Of a DNA stretch of 64,000 bases, positions 1 to 11,420 are shown in pieces. The DNA lies in NCBI GenBank assembly GCA_012026655.1, contig JAAILG010000808.1, forward strand, positions 1 through 64,000, given 5' to 3'. Below the pieces are notes generated by a model that saw only the letters and a program-made list of their open reading frames with translations, was not told the origin of the DNA and made no database searches. Origin of the DNA: Hydrolagus affinis (Eukaryota). The translations under genes and the position numbers were made by a program. How positions within the stretch are numbered: position 1 is the stretch's first letter; each line of letters opens with the position of its first letter.

Positions 1-817
1 TTGAAAACAAAATGAAAAATATACAAATAATGCAGATTTGTTTACTTAAATCGTTGATTTTCAGGCCCATCTCTCCTGAAGCCTGTGCCTTGCTTGAATA
101 AAGTTCTACACATGCCAGCTTCCCTCTAGTATAGTACCTTGTACCAGTGGGCACTTACATGAATGAGCCTTGAGATGCATGTTGCTAGACCCTTTGATGA
201 CATGAAGCAACTTAGTCAAGCTTATTCCTGACCTCACCCAATGCCCACTTGCGCACACTCTCCAACAACGTGCATTTATGCAGAGCACTTCAAACAAGGC
301 AGTATCTCCCAACCAAGACAATAACAATCAGGAAAAGAAATCCTGCCTGATTCTTTCTCTCTAGCTTTGAAGCAAATTGTAGCACGGCAAATTTTACGAT
401 GAATGAAATTGACTATATTAGTATAGACAGTTATAGACTCTGTGCACCCCCCCCACCCCCCGGTGTGTAACACTACAGTGGGTGCTGTCTTTATAACAGA
501 AACAAATCATTTCATCGAGAGCACAAAGCTGAAAAATAAATCTAAAACAACACAAAGCTTTTCTTGACTGGAAACTGACCTTTTCCTGTGATTCTTGGGG
601 AATAAATAGTTTATGAGGCTGCTTGATGTTTGATTTGGACTAGACCTTTGACCCTAAAGTATGAAAGTGGGACTAAAAATGTGACTCCTTCCTCTTCAGC
701 TTGATGCATATAATCTACCACAACAGCAACAATTCAGAGAAACAATATTCCATAATGTGCAAGGCAGTGAGAGATCAATTTCTCGCATTCTCTGCTATTC
801 ATTTTATACATTTCCAG

Positions 818-907
818 TACATACAGGAATTGGAACTAATGATGCAAGATGCACAGGAGAACCACAGCACTAAACTGACTTCTGCCCTTAAACGTCTCAA
901 GGGACAG
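818..907 (+). CDS. Internal coding exon (90 nt, phase 0-0) of an unidentified gene; YIQELELMMQDAQENHSTKLTSALKRLKGQ, coiled-coil-like
   Basis: Pyrimidine-rich acceptor tctgctattcattttatacatttccAG (816-817), open frame of 30 codons, donor CAG|GTATCA at 908; helical charged peptide; not in a repeat. Confidence 0.6.
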
Positions 908-1175
908 GTATCAAACGATTGAGCAAACAAAAGGCTCCGACACAAGCATAGGCATGCAGAGCACAAGCAAACTTTCCAGTGGCATCAATTTCCCTGAGCT
1001 CAATGCAGCCCAATTGCTGGAGTGAATCCATTCATAGGTTGCTACCGTTCAAACCTAGCCCGTGCTGAACTTTGACTTGGGCTGTGGTGTATTTTTTCAC
1101 CATTTCATATTGTACACAGCGGATCTAAAAGACAAAATTTCTAACAGTAGACTCCTGTCGGGAACCGGAAGTATG

Positions 1176-1223
1176 TTGTGTTGACCCATGGTACATTGTG
1201 TTGACCCATGTTGTGTTGACCCA
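1176..1223. repeat. Three direct copies of TTGTGTTGACCCA
   Basis: Exact 13-mer at 1176-1188, 1196-1208, 1211-1223. Confidence 0.9.
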
Positions 1224-1594
1224 CCGCACGTTAGAGTGACCTCAAGCAACTAGTTATTTCAGACTCAAATTACTAATGTGGATCCCATTTTGCAGGTCTC
1301 CAGGCTAGTGGAAAAGGGATTAGCAGGAGTGCTAACCACCCCCCGCCCACCACCCCACATACTGTCAGATAATCTTAGAACACAAACTGAGGCTGTAAAA
1401 AAGATTGCAGTTTAAACTGCCGACCGTACGTACAACAGAGATAGTGACAAGAGAGGGAGGCTATGTAGTTGAAAACAATTGGGTAAAATTAAACCTTCAA
1501 TGTAACCTGAAGGTGAAATATTCACAATGTGTTTGTGTTCAATTATTGAAGATCAACAACTATTAATAACAGGAGCTTGCAAAGCGCACTGTTG

Positions 1595-1860
1595 TTTTTG
1601 CCTCTGGGACAAAGACTTGAATCCAGCCTACACTGAATGTATTAAGGTTTTTTCCATCTGATGGCTGGAAAGGCCTCAGGGGAAAGACATTTGGCCAGTC
1701 TCACTCCACTCTTCATGGTCACAAGCCCAGGCAAAAGGCTGATCATTTAGTGTTGCTCAATATGGCCAAGACAATGATTCATGCTGGAAAATGGAAAATT
1801 TCATACTGGTGCAGTTGTGGTGTTCTTCTGAGCTTGAGATCAATCCATTGTTCGTACTGC
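1595..1860 (+). mobile_element. Ancient LF-SINE-like element, 5' part
   Basis: cctctggg..ttgaatccagcc..ccatctgatggctg..ggcct..ttgg..agtctcactcca follows the motif order of the LF-SINE 5' half as I recall it. Confidence 0.55.
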
Positions 1861-2319
1861 ACACTAATTGATAAATGAACACAAGTTAGACAGTGATTTG
1901 ATTCCAAATATTCAACAGAAATAGGGACTCAGTCAGTACAAGTCATGCTCCCAACACTATCTAAAATGAGTACATTAATGAATTAAGACTTGCTCAGTAC
2001 AACCACAAGGGCGCAAATGACACTAGGCTCCCTCCCATGGGACAAACTGAATGCACTTGGGTCACTCTCTGGACCTTGTGACCGGCTCTTCGATAATATG
2101 TACATAGCGGATCTAAAAGACAAATGATAATAAATGACAAATGATATAATATTTGAGCACTATTCAGGGCCCCGCACTGGTGCTCACTTGCAAAGCACCG
2201 GAATCAGATGTTTGAATATTCCTGACCCGATTGAAAGTGACATGGAGTGAGAGGTATAAATCCAGTTTCGTGCTACACATCTGGTGGAGTAGATTCACTC
2301 CCGCTCGTATATTTGCAAC

Positions 2320-2460
2320 ATATGGTACCTTGTTGGGGCAGAGCAAAAGGAACTTTATTCTGCATCGGTCCTGGCCTTACTTGGCCTGAGAATGCATGGT
2401 GCTGTCACTGGCTGCCAAAAGTGGAATTATTCCATTCCCCAGTGATGAGCATAAAAAAGA
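2320..2460 (+). mobile_element. 3' part of an ancient SINE (probably the LF-SINE-related family)
   Basis: ggggcagagcaaaaggaactttattctgcatc..cctgagaatgcatggtgctgtcactgg..ttccattccccag ending in an A-rich tail. Confidence 0.4.
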
Positions 2461-2526
2461 GAAACATAAATAAAAATGAATATTAATATGATGGCTGACT
2501 GCAACAACACAAGATCAATATTAATA

Positions 2527-2630
2527 ATGGCAGAATGGGTGGCATCATGTCCTTTCATCTGCAGGATCTGGGTTCATATCCAGCCCAGCCTGACAGAATA
2601 AAAGCTCCATCTACATAATTCAAATGGATT
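2527..2630 (+). mobile_element. LF-SINE-like head fragment
   Basis: cctttcatctgcaggatctgggttcatatccagcccag (B-box-like), similar to 1595-1670. Confidence 0.45.
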
Positions 2631-4544
2631 TAGAAGTTAAACTAGATAATTATTTTGGCTGCTAGAGGATGATTTTGGACAATGCTTTCACCTCCCAGGG
2701 AATAGCCACAAATATTTCATTTATTATTCCAAAGATATATTAGATGCTTGCAAAAACGAAGTGAAACCCTTCTCTTCATTTTTGTTACGTCAATGGCAGA
2801 GTCAACATAAGTCCGACAATTGTCATGTATTCCAAACAAAACACACACACACACATAATGACTATAAAATGGGCCAGACTTTGAGGTTTTTTAAAAATAT
2901 ATTTTGGAGTTCACACATTTTTATGACTGCTTTCCTAGTGAAGAATAATGAGAAATCTACAATGGAGCTAGTTTCCATCCTTCATGTGAATGATATTATG
3001 AGGCTGATGCATGATGAAAAACAAGCCACCAGAATTTTAAGAGCATTATTAAAATTCAAGTCAGCTTCCTTCTCCTGCAATGGAGGGGACACTAAAACAA
3101 TTAACTTGCCTCATAAAACTGAACAATTAGACATCTAACAGCTCCAGACTTGGATGATCTCATTTATAAAACAAGGTGATGCTCTTAACCCCACCCATTT
3201 CCCACAATTAAATGATTGATTTTATAGTTTATTTTAACAAAAAAAGGGCAGCAAGATCACATTAGGAGTGGATTAAATGTTTTGAGTTAAATAATCCCCT
3301 TTTCTGGTTAAAATCATTTCTTCGTAAATCCCGCTCTGGTAATATCCTAAATGGCACTTAATCACGTCAATTCAATCCTGAGAGATTATAACATTGCTTG
3401 CTAAAATTGGCAACAATCATAATTCAGGGAAACAGCCAACGGTGCCTATTACTTTAATGATTTTTGATCAGAATACTGTATATTGACGATAGAAATGTCA
3501 CTGTATGAGCATAAAATATCCTAATTTCTTTCCTTCTTTCTCACAAACTCACTCATTCACACACACACACTATACAAGGTAGTATCAATTTATTTCTATA
3601 AATTGGCCAAATGTATTTGGAGAAATACATTAAAAAATAAAATCCACAACAAACAGTTTCTGAGGTAAATTTGCTAAAGATACCAAAGTGGTATAGATAG
3701 ATACATGCCATTGGATAGACTGTTGATGCTCACTGTCCAGATAGGTTTGCACAGCAAGAGCAGTCAGGGTACAAGGAGGATCCTGGAAAACTAGAGCACG
3801 GAATAACTCAGCCCCATTAAGACAGGAGGGAAGGAAATGTATTCTGAAGCAAGAAACATTTTCCTAAAATGCTAGCACAAAGGGGTTCACCCAATATGGT
3901 TATGATGTTTTAAGGAGAATTTGACAAGCAAGATGTTTGAGCACAATTGAGATTCAGTCTCCAAATTCACAGGCAGCTTCTATTGCAGACTAATCTTTGC
4001 AGTGAGACTTGAAATAAATAATTCTCCATCTTTCTGTGCAGTGAACAACTTGTGCATTCTCAGCATATAGAAGGCTCCATGTATAACGTCCATGGTTTGC
4101 AGAGACAGCAAATCTAGTAAACCCCGAACCAAGCTCTTTTTCTAGAGAAACCACATTCCACAGCTCTTGAAATGGATTCTGATCCTACAGCCTGTTCTCC
4201 CGCCACAGTAATGACTATAGCGTAGCACCTCCATGCCACCCAACCATTCTGACTAACTTTTCCAGCTCCCAATTGACTTCACTCCACAGACCCGATTTTT
4301 CAACCAACTGATGGGTGATCAGGGCCACCAAGACAATCGATCCAACCTGCAGCAGGAGCAAGAAATGGGATTTTTTCTCTGCCATCTAAATGCTGGCTTC
4401 CACATATCATTCATAGTGGATAAATCTGCCATAAGTCCACTAAAAGCAGCTTACGGTGTAATCTTGTCCTGTAGTGATAGTGGGAACAGAAGTACTGTTC
4501 ATGCAAAGTAACATGAACAGGAATGAATCAACTTATACATGACA

Positions 4545-4672
4545 GACAGAGAAAGAGATTAGAGATATAAAGAAAGAGAGACACAGAGTCAGAGATAGAG
4601 AAATGCACAGAGAGAGAGATACAAAGGGAAAGAGAGAGAAACAAAGAGAGAGAGAGAAAGAGGGTGAGAGAT
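4545..4672. repeat. GA-rich degenerate microsatellite
   Basis: Interrupted (GA)n tract. Confidence 0.9.
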
Positions 4673-4673
4673 A

Positions 4674-5411
4674 CAGTAAACTCCTGATAACTCAATGACA
4701 AGTTATCCGGTGTGGCTAGTTAGGATATGTATAAATATGTAATTAAATATTTATGGAGTCCTGTAGCTCAGTGGTTACAGCACTCGCCTTACAAGCGTGA
4801 GACCTGTGTTCGAACCCAGGCAGCTCAGGGTGAAACCTTGGGCAAGTTTCCTTACTCCACACGCCTTATAATAATCCCTCCAAAAAAAACCAATAATAAA
4901 ATTGGTAATTTCAATCCACGACTGTTTGTGGGACACTGCTCTGTGCGCAATTGGCTGCCGCGTTTCACCCACAAATATATAGTTATATACTTAACACTAT
5001 GTTGTGTGAAGCGCTTTGAGATGTCTAGAAGATGTGAAAAGCTCTATGTCAAATGCAAGGATTATTATTTTTTATTTATAAATGGGACCAGGTCAACCTG
5101 TGTGCTGTGAATCTGTCCACACTCCCCACTACGGTGGGAAGGGATAAGGAGGGGATTACAAGACCCCAATTGTAACTGTACCTTGTAAACGTTGGCAGAA
5201 CCCCGAGGTGGGGAAGCCTTGGTCCCTGTGTGTAGAGCTTCCTGTAACGTATTAACATGTTGCGTCTTCTTTTCTGTAATGGGTTTCATTCTGTCTGTGA
5301 CAAGCGTAAATATATATGAACAAATAAATAGGTATATTTGTTTTGGAAAAATGTGGCCGGATCAGTAGAATGGCTTAGGTGGTTGTGACGTGTTAAACCA
5401 GGATTGTACTG
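4674..5411. mobile_element. Putative Tc1/mariner (pogo/Tigger-like) non-autonomous DNA transposon relic, interrupted by a SINE
   Basis: TA|CAGTAAACTCCTG on the left; right end reverse-complements to TA|CAGTACAATCCTG; TA on both flanks. Confidence 0.4.
4754..5070 (+). mobile_element. Young tRNA-derived SINE, full length (copy A)
   Basis: A box TAGCTCAGTGG, anticodon-like loop CTTACAA, B box GTTCGAACC, Deu-like gtttgtgggacactgc..gtgcgcaattggctgccgcgtttc, tail caaatgcaagg(ATT)n; many similar copies in the window. Confidence 0.95.
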
Positions 5412-5856
5412 TAGGGATGAACTGCGGAATACAGTATTTGTACATTGTTTTACTGCAATTGCCAAACACTCACAAACTACGTTTTATTCTTCCTTTTAAA
5501 ACAGTTTTGTTACATAAATTCAACTCTTCAATCTCAGAGTCAGTCCGCACATCCAACTGCGGAGCCTGAGAACTAAATATCTGAAGGGATGTGAAGATTT
5601 ATATCAAACAGTTAGTGCGCATAAATTTCCACAACACATGCCAACCATGAGGTGCTTGTCCTGAACAATTCAAATGCATCCAGGTTTACTTTGTAGGATA
5701 TTCAACAATAAGGCAATGAATGTCATCATTCAGCACGTGCAGACCGATTATGCTCGAGCACGTACTGCAGGATCATGTTGTTTTGCGCCTTTTTAATACA
5801 TTTGATATTGTGTTACTGCATCAGGAGGAAAAAAAACCTACACATTCCCTTTGCAG

Positions 5857-5907
5857 TTATCCTTCTTACAGGATTTATATGCATTAAGGCAAATGCTTAC
5901 TAAAATG
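5857..5907 (+). CDS. Candidate coding exon (51 nt, phase 0-0), LSFLQDLYALRQMLTKM
   Basis: Acceptor cattccctttgcAG, donor ATG|GTATCA; in frame with 818-907 giving ..KRLKGQ-LSFLQDLYALRQML..; alternative in-frame acceptor 15 nt downstream. Confidence 0.35.
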
Positions 5908-6349
5908 GTATCATGCTGCAGCTGTTGAAAATAAATGTTGTGCTAAGCATGCTGAACCACTAAAGAGTACTCCTCAAACTACAGGATTTTGCGTAATTTG
6001 TATCATTAAACCTTCAATACGTTCAAGCAGCCTTTTTGTCAAGCTTACCATATACTGTCCTGTATTTTGCTGAGGTTTTTTTTTTACAAATGCTCTTCAT
6101 AGATCCCCACACTTCAGAGATTTACAGATATGGTCTACTTTAGTTAAGAGTGCACAACCTTCTCTCTCGAGCCACTTAAGAGAAATATTCATTGTCAGAT
6201 ATTCGGCAAAGTGGAGTTGAATGTACTTATATATTAATTTATTGCTGCAACTAGTTTTTTTTATGTAGTACTATTATTTTGTCAGTGCCTGTCTCAAATG
6301 GGTTTTATTTGTAATATTTTTTCTTCTGCTCTCCCTCAACTCATCTCCT

Positions 6350-6875
6350 GAATTGATTGAAAGCATCATTCAATGTTGCAGCAAAGAAACAGGCCATTCA
6401 ACCCATCACGTGACTGATGCACTGATGCTTTACTCCCCGAGGCAACCCAATCCCATTTGCCTGTTCACTCCCAAAACTTGTTACATTCCTTCCCTTCAAG
6501 AATATGTTCACTGGAGTCCTGTAGCTCAGTGGTTAGAGCACTCATTTCGCAGACAAGAGACCTAGGTTCAATTCCAGGCCAGCCAAAACCTTGGGCAAGT
6601 TTCCTTTCTCCACATGCTTAATAATAATCCCTCAAAAAAAATTTGGTCACTCAATCCAATATTTGTGGGACACTGGGGTGCACAACTGACTGCTACATTT
6701 CACCCACAAATGTACAGTCAATTCACTTTACAGTATATCCTGAGAAGCGCTTTGATACGTCTAGAAGATGTGAAAAGCGTGTGTAAGGATTATTATTAAC
6801 TCCCTTTCAAAACAATTTCCAAACTCTACTTCAACTATGATTTGTGTCTGAGAATCCCACATAACAATTACCTTC
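6350..6875 (-). mobile_element. Degraded CR1 LINE 3' end, split by SINE copy B
   Basis: ttcccttcaagaatatgttca..actccctttcaaaa..ctacttcaact resembles an antisense CR1 3' terminus on both sides of the SINE. Confidence 0.5.
6512..6798 (+). mobile_element. Young tRNA-derived SINE (copy B)
   Basis: Same head, body and tail as 4754-5070. Confidence 0.93.
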
Positions 6876-7469
6876 AACAACTTCAATTAACATAGCACAT
6901 TTTATGTTAGAAAAACTGATAGAGTGCTTTGTTGAACTAGAGTTGGAACCTGAGTAGGGCTGGCAGATTGGAGGCGGGATGAGTAAGGGCAAAGAGATGG
7001 GTTTTTAAACGTTACAGAATTTTTTTTTGCTCTCTTTATTGCAAATGTATGCCTATGCTATGATATGGTTTCATAGGTGTTTATCCTTTGGTTACTTCCC
7101 CAACGTAATCATTCTGCATAGCCAAGCCTGAGCAGTAAATGCCATCAGATTTCAGCATTCCCAGGTATGATTAAGGGTAGATACAAATCACTGAAGAACC
7201 CATTCTTGATTATTCTCCTGTGCAAAGATTGGGAAAGGGTAAAATTCAACTGAGCAACGATGCTCCAAGAGATTGAAAATCCTGTTAACAATCATTGTTA
7301 AGGCTGACACATGATTATGTCCACTCGCATAAGGTACAATATGGCACCCTTTGTATTGAACCTCTGTGGAAGGAAAACTAAATTAAAATGTCTTCACGAG
7401 AGGGGAGGAAAACAAGAGAAAATTGGGGATAATATCAAAGCAAAAATCTTTGTATGCGGATTTCATTCC

Positions 7470-7890
7470 CTTTTTTCTTGAAAAGAGAAGGTTGAGGGGT
7501 GACCTAATAGGGGTCTTTAAAATTATGAAAGTTTTGATGGGGTAGTCATAGAAAGATGTTTCCACTTGTGGTAGAGACCAAAACCCGGGGCCATCATTAT
7601 AAAATAGTCACCAATTAATCTATTATGGTAGTCAGAAGAAACCTCTTTACCCAGGGAGTGGTGGGAATGTGGAACTTGCTACCACAAGGAGTAGTTAAGG
7701 TGAATAGCAAAGATGCTTTTAAGGGGAAGATAGATAAGTACATGAGGGAGAAAGGAATAGGAGGTTATGCATGTAGGCTTAGTTGAGCAAGGGCAGGAGG
7801 AGGCTCATGTAGAGTATGAACACTAGTATAGAGTAGTTGGGCCAAATGGCGTGTTTCTGTGCTGCATATTCTATGTAATTCTCTAATCTA
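7470..7890 (+). mobile_element. CR1 LINE 3' end (ORF2 C-terminus and 3' UTR)
   Basis: Degenerate translation LEKRRLRGDLIGVFKIMK..FPLV.ETKTRGH.YKIVT..RRNLFTQGVVGMWNLLPQGVV..AFKGKIDKYM, typical CR1 ORF2 end, followed by a short-repeat tail. Confidence 0.92.
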
Positions 7891-9343
7891 CGTAAAACAT
7901 TAGCCAGTCTTTTTGGGGCTTAATGTTTCAAGTCTAAGTAACACAATCTTGCTTTCTTTTAAACCTGAGCCCACTTGGATGAACTCCACGATGGCTCCTC
8001 ACAGGTTTCTGAACTTCTTGAGTCCATGATAACTTTGGAACAACACAGTCATTGATCAACATATTTAACAGGCAAGCCTTTACTTGCCAAACCTCACTTC
8101 TGTTTGAAACCAAATTTCCTTGGATTAAAATCCCAAATGGTTACCAGCACCACTTCCAGTTTTCTTGTGAACACATTAACATTGAAAGAGCTTCTTTGAT
8201 CATCAAATGTACATTCCACCTTTAACATTTTACTTCAAAACTGGTATATTCGTATGAAATCCATGTTGGTTGTCAACAGCACTGTTTGGTTGCTTTGAAA
8301 TATCTTAGCTGATCATCACTGAATAGTTAGCATTCTATTATTACAATGTTTTCCATTCAAAAACTGCAAAGTGATGACTTGCAGCTTTGATGCATTCGTA
8401 CATTCATTTTGTTGCCATCCTAAAAGACAGATCTTTGCAATTTCCCCGTATGTGAGTTTTACGTATTATAATGTTTGATCATCCCAACAAATTTGCATGC
8501 ATGCAAAACGCCACAAGTGAAAATTTAAGTAACTGAGAAGCAGCCGTATGCATATCTAACTGATTTAGAGTGGCCTCCAGAAGCTTAAATCTGGTGCTCG
8601 CAAGGCAATATATAATACAATGCAGCCCCTCTTTAAGGAGCAACCTAAATCCAGTCAGTGCAATAGCATCTTAAACTAAATAGTTGACTCATGTTGGAGA
8701 TTGTTGGCAATTGGTGCAGCAATGAATTGACAGAAAAGTTTGTACATTTCCTAATAAACTGTCAATGTCAACTTTTTACGGAATGCTGACATAAAGGATT
8801 TTGATCATAGAATGTGAGCTGCCTATCTTAGTGAGGATGAATGGAATAGCTTACCTCAAGAAAACTGAATGTCTCAGATACATAAGAGAGAGCGAGAGGA
8901 GGAGGAACATGCATTTAGAAATGGCTTGTGGACAACACTTACTTTGCTCTTCAGTCAGTTTTCTTCAACCAGACAGATTTGATTTGTGCCCTTACAATGT
9001 TATATAGAAGTTTTCCCTTCCACATACATGTGTGTGTTTTTCTAATGAGTTGTTCAGGTTAGTTCTGTGATTTAGTGCTACAGTGGGGGTGGCGGATGAA
9101 AACAGTAGGAAGTAGGGATTACAATAGGGCCTTATTATAATATTAGTTGAGGTCCATAAAATCCCAACCACCATTATACTAGGGCACGATCGCCAGTCAG
9201 CACATTTGCATTAATTATGTATGTGGATGGAAAGCAGGTGAGCTTCCTGTGCTAAAAAGACCAGATCATCAGATCACCACCAACATCATGTTCTGTCTGC
9301 CGCAAATGTGCCATTTCTAGAGCTCCTTTCACGTTGGGAGGAT

Positions 9344-9573
9344 CAATCAATCAATCAATCAATCAACCAATCAATCAACCAATCAAAACTTACATTTATA
9401 TAGCGCCTTTCACATTGAGAGGGCGTCCCAAGGCGTTGCACAGTCAGGTAGGGACAAGAGTAGGGGGGGAGGGGTCGGGGGCAGGGTGAAGGATGAAGGA
9501 TAGCAGGAGAATTGACTGTATATTTGTGGGTGAAACTCGGCAGCCAAATTGCGCTCAGCAGTGTCCAGCGCAC
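9344..9573 (-). mobile_element. Chimeric retro-insertion: SINE Deu segment fused to an L2-type 3' tail ending in (TTGA)n
   Basis: 9509-9567 matches the SINE body; 9344-9508 is an L2-type tail; AGGAT duplicated at 9339-9343 and 9574-9578. Confidence 0.75.
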
Positions 9574-9792
9574 AGGATGTCCCAAGGCTTCAACTTAATG
9601 ACACAGAAGTCAACCGCTTTTTAGCATGCAAGAAGCCAACTGATTTTGAAGCGAATTGTTCTGCTTTTTGCATGCAATGTGGATTTAAAAGAAAATTGAG
9701 GTCTATAGTCTAACCCAAATTAAAACAAAACACATAATTTTATCGGTTGCATTGTATTGTATTAAAGGGTTCCATTCTATTTTTCACTCTTA

Positions 9793-10192
9793 TGTGACAG
9801 CTTGGCTCAGTTTGGAAGACTTTTGCTTTGGATCAGAAGTTGTGAGTTCAAATCCCAATTTAGGCTTTTGATGCTATCGTCTTTTTTGTGCTGGGGGAGC
9901 ACTGTATTGTTGGAGGTATGGTTCTTCAGCTAGGATTTTGAATCAAGATTCCCCCTCTTGCCTATTCAGGAGGATGTTGAAAACCCCATGGCACTTTTGA
10001 AAAGGAAAAGAGAGTTTCTCCTGATGTTTGGCAAGAAATCTTCCAGATAAAATTGGTCATTCATTTCATAGTCGTTTACGAACAATGACAGTGCACAAAT
10101 TGGCTGTAGTCTCGGCACATGCACAGTCATTACACTTTACTGCAATTCCCTGTGAAGCGCTTTGATGTATTATAAATACTATATCAAATACA
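9793..10192 (+). mobile_element. Older Deu-domain SINE (SacSINE1/AmnSINE1-like), near full length
   Basis: cagcttggctcag..agaagttgtgagttcaaatccca..gcactgtattgttggagg..ccccatggcact..gtgcacaaattggctg..tgtgaagcgctttga. Confidence 0.8.
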
Positions 10193-11199
10193 ATTTTAGA
10201 ATAGGTCAGAATAAGATCAGGTTTTCGGAAAATTCCTTGCAGTTCAGTCTCATTTACCACAGTTTAGTAAAGGCGGGTTGGGAAAAGAAGTTCTCTGTCT
10301 GCCAGCATTCCTCTGGATGCGTTACTGGGTTGCAGTTCGGAGGCAGCACAGGAGCTTTGCATGAGCTTGGGACTTTGCAGTATCACTATGGGGGTGGGGT
10401 GGGCAATGGTTTCCAGAAGGCGATTTACTGTGTCTGATTTGATAGCACAACAGGGTGTGTAGCATGTTTGGCTGGTGGGGCTAGATATTTCAACACAGAT
10501 GTGGATAATATTGCTCAGTTAGAAAAAATAAGATTCTGCTGGCACAAGGTCAGATCGAACATTGACTGACTGAATACTTTACTAGACTTATGAGCACCAA
10601 ATGTTATTAATAATATAATTCAAGGTGACTGTATCCTCTTTTGGAGCATAGCTGATGGGGGCCTTCGAAGAAGCAAAAAGCCTGATGCAAGATCTAAACT
10701 CAATCAGTTTTCATTACTGCCGTCCGAATTTCCAATGAGTAATACTCCAAGGCGCAATATGCCACAGGACAACAAAACTGAAACATTGCTCTTTGACATC
10801 TCACAGCTCAGACATTTAGCCACAGCACTGTCTGACAGAATCACCCTATTCAAGTACAACAAAGAATGTGGCTCAAAGGCACAGTAAAATGAATAGCAAT
10901 TCAAGTTGTTTTTGGCATTGGTGTTTAATTATTTGCTTTAGGTTACTAAAATGACCTTTAATGTGCGATAATGCCCTCTGTCGTAAAGCTCTATCGAAAG
11001 CCATCAGTCCCTCAGATACCTCTTGGGGGCAATATTTCAGCACTACTGCACTGAACTCAGTTGCTGTCGATCTGTGGTTTAAGAAAGCAGAAATAAAGTA
11101 TAAATTTCAACTACCCCATTAAACTATGTCCAAAAATGTTTAGGTTGCTTTCCTACGATGTAACAGTTGCGCATTATGTGTCAATAAATAAATTGAACA

Positions 11200-11420
11200 T
11201 ACACAGTGAAATGATTTTTTCGGGTTTAGGGAAAAACTACTAGGAGTGAGAAACCTGGTTAATTTTTTAAAACCTCCGCAGCCAAGGGGTTTGAGGCAAT
11301 TCTCTCCCCACCACCACTTCATCCTCCTTTGGCTGAGACAAACTCACTGAGCATAGACCTGAGACCTTCATGGTCCATATGACTTGGTTCCATTGCACCA
11401 TAGGGAACATTTGACTAATT
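11200..11420 (-). mobile_element. Ancient SINE family 2 fragment
   Basis: Similar to 22690-22970, 36260-36430 and (reverse) 27880-28030, 46400-46800, 61840-62150. Confidence 0.5.

Noticed and set aside
1176-1223. CRISPR-like repeat array
   Set aside because: Only 13-bp repeats with 2-7 bp spacers, in vertebrate DNA with no cas genes
4754-4830. tRNA gene (Val-TAC-like), also at 29552, 55989, 60400 and 62560
   Set aside because: No convincing acceptor stem and each continues into the SINE body; these are SINE heads
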